Shown here in pieces: positions 20,718 to 24,186 of a DNA stretch of 24,186 nt (positions within the stretch are counted from its first letter, which is position 1; each line of letters starts with the position of its first letter). The notes beneath the pieces were generated by a model, which was not told where the DNA came from, searched no databases, and was given only the letters and a program-made list of their open reading frames with translations. A program made the position numbers and the translations under genes. The stretch is from an uncultured Acidobacteriota bacterium (lineage in GTDB: Bacteria; Acidobacteriota; Vicinamibacteria; Vicinamibacterales; UBA8438): the NCBI GenBank assembly GCA_913043225.1, contig CAJWLU010000035.1, positions 1 to 24,186 on the forward strand, in the 5' to 3' direction.

Positions 20718-23168
20718 TCAACGGCGCCGGAACAGGTCCGACTGGACCACTTGCAGGATCATCGTGCGAACTGGGTGCCCCTTCGCACGACCCTCATCGA
20801 CAATCTGCTCGACGTAGTCACGATCAGCAAACTCCACCTCGGTGCCGGTCGAGAACGCCAGTAAGCTCGACGCGAGGTGACGGGCCACTTGGTCGAGCTC
20901 GTGCTTAAGCAGCAGTTGCTTGTAGTCCTCGATGCCGTCGAACCGCCCGCCCTCAGGGGTGACGCCGCTGGTGTCCACCGACAACCCCTCGCGATACTTC
21001 ACGTCGGAGCGTGGCTCCGCCCCTTCCGACTCACCTCGTGCGACGCGGTACTGCATGCGGAAGCCGCCGATCGGATCGAACGCCTCCAAGGCGTAGCCCG
21101 GAGGGTCGATGGCGCGATGGCAGCTGGCGCACACCGGACTGGACCGATGCGCGTCGAGCTGCTCGCGGATCGTCGTTGCCCCGCGAGTGTCCGGCTCGAG
21201 CGCAGTAACACCCGCGGGTGGGGGAGGCGCCGGTTCGCCCAGTAGATTCGCCAGCACAAAGTTGCCGCGAGGAATCGGCGAGGTTGTGGTTCCGTTCGCC
21301 GTGATCTTGTGGATACTCGCCTGAGTCAGTAGGCCACCGCGAAGGCTGTCTGCGGCAAGTGCCACCTTGCGCATCTGCTGCCCCTCGATGCCAGTAATGC
21401 CATAGTGCTCCGCCAGACGGCGGTTCACGAAGGTAAAGTCGGCATCAATGAGTTCACTGGCGCCCAGGTTCTCGCTGATGACCTCGGTTAGGAAGAGTTC
21501 CGTTTCCTTCGCCATCGCCTGCCCGAGTTGATCGTCATACTCGGGGTAGAGCGCGCCATCGGGCGCCGTTGCCTTCAACTCATAAAGCCGATACGCCTGC
21601 CCCGCGAAGTCGCGAACGAAACGGTCCGACTTCGAGTCGTCGAGCATCCGGTCCACCTGAGCCGCGAGGATCTTGGGGTTGGACAGGCGGCCCTGGCCGG
21701 CCAATTCGAACAGCTCGGCGTCAGGCATGCTGCGCCAGAGAAAATAGGAGAGCCGGGTGGCCAGCGCGAAGTCGTCGAGCGCGCCGTCCTCTCCGCCGTG
21801 GAAGAGAAACGGCGGTGCGCTCAAGATGGCACGAAGCGGTACGCGAACTGCCTCGACGAACGGCCGGCCGGTCTCGAGCAACGGGCGCGCGAGATCGGCA
21901 TACGCGGCGACTTCGGCATCGTCCACTGGGCGGCGGAATGCGCGCGGCGCGAAGGCCGCAACGACGTCGACGATGTGCGAATATGGATCCTTCGTCAGCT
22001 CGATCTCACCGTCGGCTTTGGCCAGAGCATCATCGGCATCCAGAAAGGTGACACCGGGCAGGAGCTTCCGGGTGCTCCGAGGCGGCCAGGTCTCGAAAAG
22101 AGGCCCTTCAATGATCATCGTCCGGAGCGCGAGCCCCTCGCCTTTGTAGTCCCTGACGTTCTTGTCCGGCTGGAAGTAGCTGCCAGCGCGGTCGTCGGGT
22201 GGCTCCTGGGCATCGGACAGTGACGGACTGAGGATGTCGCCCGGCCGGAGGAACGGCGTCAGCTCAACCGCACGGGGAGACCGACCCATGTCGAACGCGC
22301 CGATCAGGTTGTCGAGCGAGAGCGGACCGAACCCCTTGGCCTGATACATCGTCAGCGTTACCGGGGTGTCGGCCTGATAGGCATAGGCGTCGACGGTGAC
22401 TCGATAGCGTCCTGGGTAGGGCACCGCAAAGCCCTCGGCCCGCGTGTGCAGGAGGAACGTCGAGGCGGTCTCGGCAAAGGTGGCGAACCCGTCGTCGAGG
22501 TGCTTGACCGCACCCCCACCCAGATTCTTACCCTTACTGTTGTTCGCTAGTCGCCGCGACTTCACGTAGTCGAGGACGAACGGCTCCATCGGCGGAGGAG
22601 GCCCGAGCACGATGGCGCTGTCGAGCGCCTGTTCTGCCACATCGAGGTAGGACTGAACGTGCAACGGCGACATCCGCTGATTGGCCGCCATCGTGTCAAA
22701 GCCGCCGGAGTCGGCCTCGGCCGGTAACGACAGACTCAACTCGGACGCGGCCGCTTCGTCGATGCCAAGGAGGTCCTGCAGGGTATAGGCGTATTCCAGC
22801 CGGGTAAGCCGACGTAGCGCGGTTCTAGATTTGCCGCGGGCCGCAAGGTTCGCCTTGGTCAGAGCCTGCTTAAGCGACCCGAGTGCGACGTCGATCAGGG
22901 CCGGATCCGGCTTCGGTGCAGCGGCCGGGGGCATCTCACCCTTCTCGAGCCTATCGAACACCTTTTCCCAGGCGTTGAACGTCTCGTGGTCATCCAGATC
23001 GAACCCTAGACGGCCCAGGTTCAGTGGCGTGACCGTGCGCTCACCATGGCAGCGGACGCAGGAAGCTTCCACGAGCGGAGCGACGTCCGCCTCGAAGGTC
23101 TGTGCCGACACACCGCCCGCAAGAAGCAGTAGGGCAGCGGCAGAAAGCGGAGCAAGACAGCGTCTCAT
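20718..23168 (-). CDS. DUF1592-family (planctomycete PSD/PSCyt-type) exported cytochrome c-like protein
   Basis: Signal peptide and two CxxCH motifs (CVRCH, CASCH). Also LRRLTRLEY, LATRLSYFLWRSMPD, FVNRRLAEHYG, RGGLLTQAS and IDPPGYALE. Confidence 0.9.
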   Translation of the reverse strand: MRRCLAPLSAAALLLLAGGVSAQTFEADVAPLVEASCVRCHGERTVTPLNLGRLGFDLDDHETFNAWEKVFDRLEKGEMPPAAAPKPDPALIDVALGSLKQALTKANLAARGKSRTALRRLTRLEYAYTLQDLLGIDEAAASELSLSLPAEADSGGFDTMAANQRMSPLHVQSYLDVAEQALDSAIVLGPPPPMEPFVLDYVKSRRLANNSKGKNLGGGAVKHLDDGFATFAETASTFLLHTRAEGFAVPYPGRYRVTVDAYAYQADTPVTLTMYQAKGFGPLSLDNLIGAFDMGRSPRAVELTPFLRPGDILSPSLSDAQEPPDDRAGSYFQPDKNVRDYKGEGLALRTMIIEGPLFETWPPRSTRKLLPGVTFLDADDALAKADGEIELTKDPYSHIVDVVAAFAPRAFRRPVDDAEVAAYADLARPLLETGRPFVEAVRVPLRAILSAPPFLFHGGEDGALDDFALATRLSYFLWRSMPDAELFELAGQGRLSNPKILAAQVDRMLDDSKSDRFVRDFAGQAYRLYELKATAPDGALYPEYDDQLGQAMAKETELFLTEVISENLGASELIDADFTFVNRRLAEHYGITGIEGQQMRKVALAADSLRGGLLTQASIHKITANGTTTSPIPRGNFVLANLLGEPAPPPPAGVTALEPDTRGATTIREQLDAHRSSPVCASCHRAIDPPGYALEAFDPIGGFRMQYRVARGESEGAEPRSDVKYREGLSVDTSGVTPEGGRFDGIEDYKQLLLKHELDQVARHLASSLLAFSTGTEVEFADRDYVEQIVDEGRAKGHPVRTMILQVVQSDLFRRR

Positions 23169-23201
23169 TGGGAAACCTCTTGTAGGGAATCCTACCTCCG
23201 A

Positions 23202-23318
23202 CTAGGCAGAAAACGCGAACACAGGGAGGTTGCTCTCGTCGCTGGTACTGGCCACGACATACTCCTTCCCACCGACCGTGTGGGTGATCGCGAGGCCTAG
23301 CAGGGGTAGCCTGGTGCG
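23202..23318 (-). pseudogene. Remnant C-terminus of a PQQ-dependent dehydrogenase-like beta-propeller
   Basis: TRLPLLGLAITHTVGGKEYVVAST..LPVFAFSA* resembles the PITY.VDGKQYVAV...YVFAL terminus. The upstream part of the ORF is unrelated. Confidence 0.5.
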
Positions 23319-23345
23319 TCCTCTCGTCCAAAGACGGGGCGCGGC

Positions 23346-23462
23346 GAGAAGTGGCTGCCCTTCGTGGGTACGTATCGAACTTTGTGCCTGGCACCCGACC
23401 CAGTCTTCCTCGGAATGCTGAGTCGCGCCCCAGCATCGAAGATGCGAGCTGTAACGACCTGA
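23346..23462 (+). pseudogene. Possible recombinase C-terminal tail / attachment-site scar
   Basis: A startless frame reads EKWLPFVGTYRTLCLAPDPVFLGML. The DNA TGGCTGCCC...TCGAAC resembles a reverse-complemented tRNA 3' end. Confidence 0.4.
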
Positions 23463-23600
23463 GAGTTCGAAGGGCCTACCCGTTGTCCTTCTTGGGAATC
23501 GGCGAGCCATGGTAAGGCCGGTGGTCAATCCGCGCGTCGCTGTGTAATGGACAAGAACCGGGTCGGGTCGAATAATGGGTCCTCCGTTAACTGGGGTCGC

Positions 23601-24040
23601 CTAATGCTGCCTATCGTCACGGCCATCGGCGTCGGCGAGTGCCTCCATCACGGCGTCGCGCGCCGTGCTCACGAGCCTCTCCGGATCCAGGTCCGTCACG
23701 TCGAGAACCAGGTTCTGCCAGCGGACGGTATCGAGGGCCACGAAACGAGGCCGTGCCCGCCCCGTCCCGTCTGTCTGGACGACGTAACAGCCGTGCGGCC
23801 CGGTCTCCGAAGGAGACAGTCCCTGCGTCGGCCCGGAGTTGAGCATTCTTCGGGCTGGATCGCCGGGAATGCTGCCTTCTCGCGCTGGGCCGAGCGCCCA
23901 GTAGTGCATGGGTGGAAGCGACCCGGCGGCGTCGGTTTGATCATCGTCCGGCGCCGGGATCTGGCCGGCGACGGTGATGGCGAAGACTCTGGCGTTCGAA
24001 GGAGCCATGTAGTCGGACGCCGCGGGTCCGGGCAGCGCGT
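23601..24040 (-). pseudogene. Fragment of an SbcD/Mre11 (YhaO-like) metallophosphoesterase
   Basis: HYWALG, SGPTQGLSPSETGPHGCYVV and FVALDTVRW match DYWALGHIH..GNPQGR...ETG.KGC.LV..F.PLD.VRW. The N-terminal catalytic motifs and the HxH are absent. Confidence 0.6.
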
Positions 24041-24186
24041 GCACGACGCCGAGGAGTCCTGCTCCAGTGACGGCCAGTGCGTGAGCTATGCGATCGATTG
24101 CGAGGAGATCTTGGCCCAAGACCCCGAGGCACCCAGCGGCGTCTACGGCATCGACCCCGACGGCGCGGGAGGCAACGCTGGGTTCG
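24039..24186 (+). CDS. Start of a fibrinogen-like (YCDxxxxGGGW-type) domain, running off the window
   Basis: Manual translation gives VHDAEESCSSDGQCVSYAIDCEEILAQDPEAPSGVYGIDPDGAGGNAGF. The C..IL..DP.APSGVY.IDPDG pattern is typical of this domain. Confidence 0.65.
   Translation, partial: MHDAEESCSSDGQCVSYAIDCEEILAQDPEAPSGVYGIDPDGAGGNAGF

Noticed and set aside
20449..20721. 90-aa ORF overlapping the DUF1592 stop as a possible DUF1552 start
   Set aside because: TTG start, no twin-arginine signal or DUF1552 features, and it overlaps the convergent gene.
23350..23430. Intact tRNA gene on the minus strand
   Set aside because: T-loop to CCA spacing is wrong and no cloverleaf can be built. Kept only as an att-like scar.

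Overview
GC-rich bacterial DNA. By gene content (Acidobacteria-type VWA protein, Ser/Thr kinase-TolB propeller fusion, DUF1592 cytochrome protein, NHL protein) it is probably from an acidobacterium, possibly Vicinamibacteria-like; this is an inference. The window holds about 22 intact-looking CDS. In order: an NHL propeller protein, a lower-GC block of small genes (PNPOx-like, tandem DUF1330, two hypotheticals), a Tat-lipoprotein amidase, a low-GC NTF2-like gene, VWA/DUF3303/kinase, a GYD protein, an ECF sigma/zinc anti-sigma/Spy-like operon divergent from rtcB-katG-NTF2, a cupin, exported hypotheticals and a DUF1592 gene with no DUF1552 partner. The last ~1 kb is a mosaic of fragments: a PQQ-dehydrogenase-like tail, a recombinase-tail/att-like scar, a degenerate SbcD/YhaO-like piece, and a fibrinogen-like domain on the opposite strand that the ORF track misses. 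I found no tRNA, rRNA, CRISPR array or intact transposase. The best candidate system is the ECF module / RtcB / KatG stress locus; its co-regulation is unproven. Family assignments are from motif recognition, not database searches.
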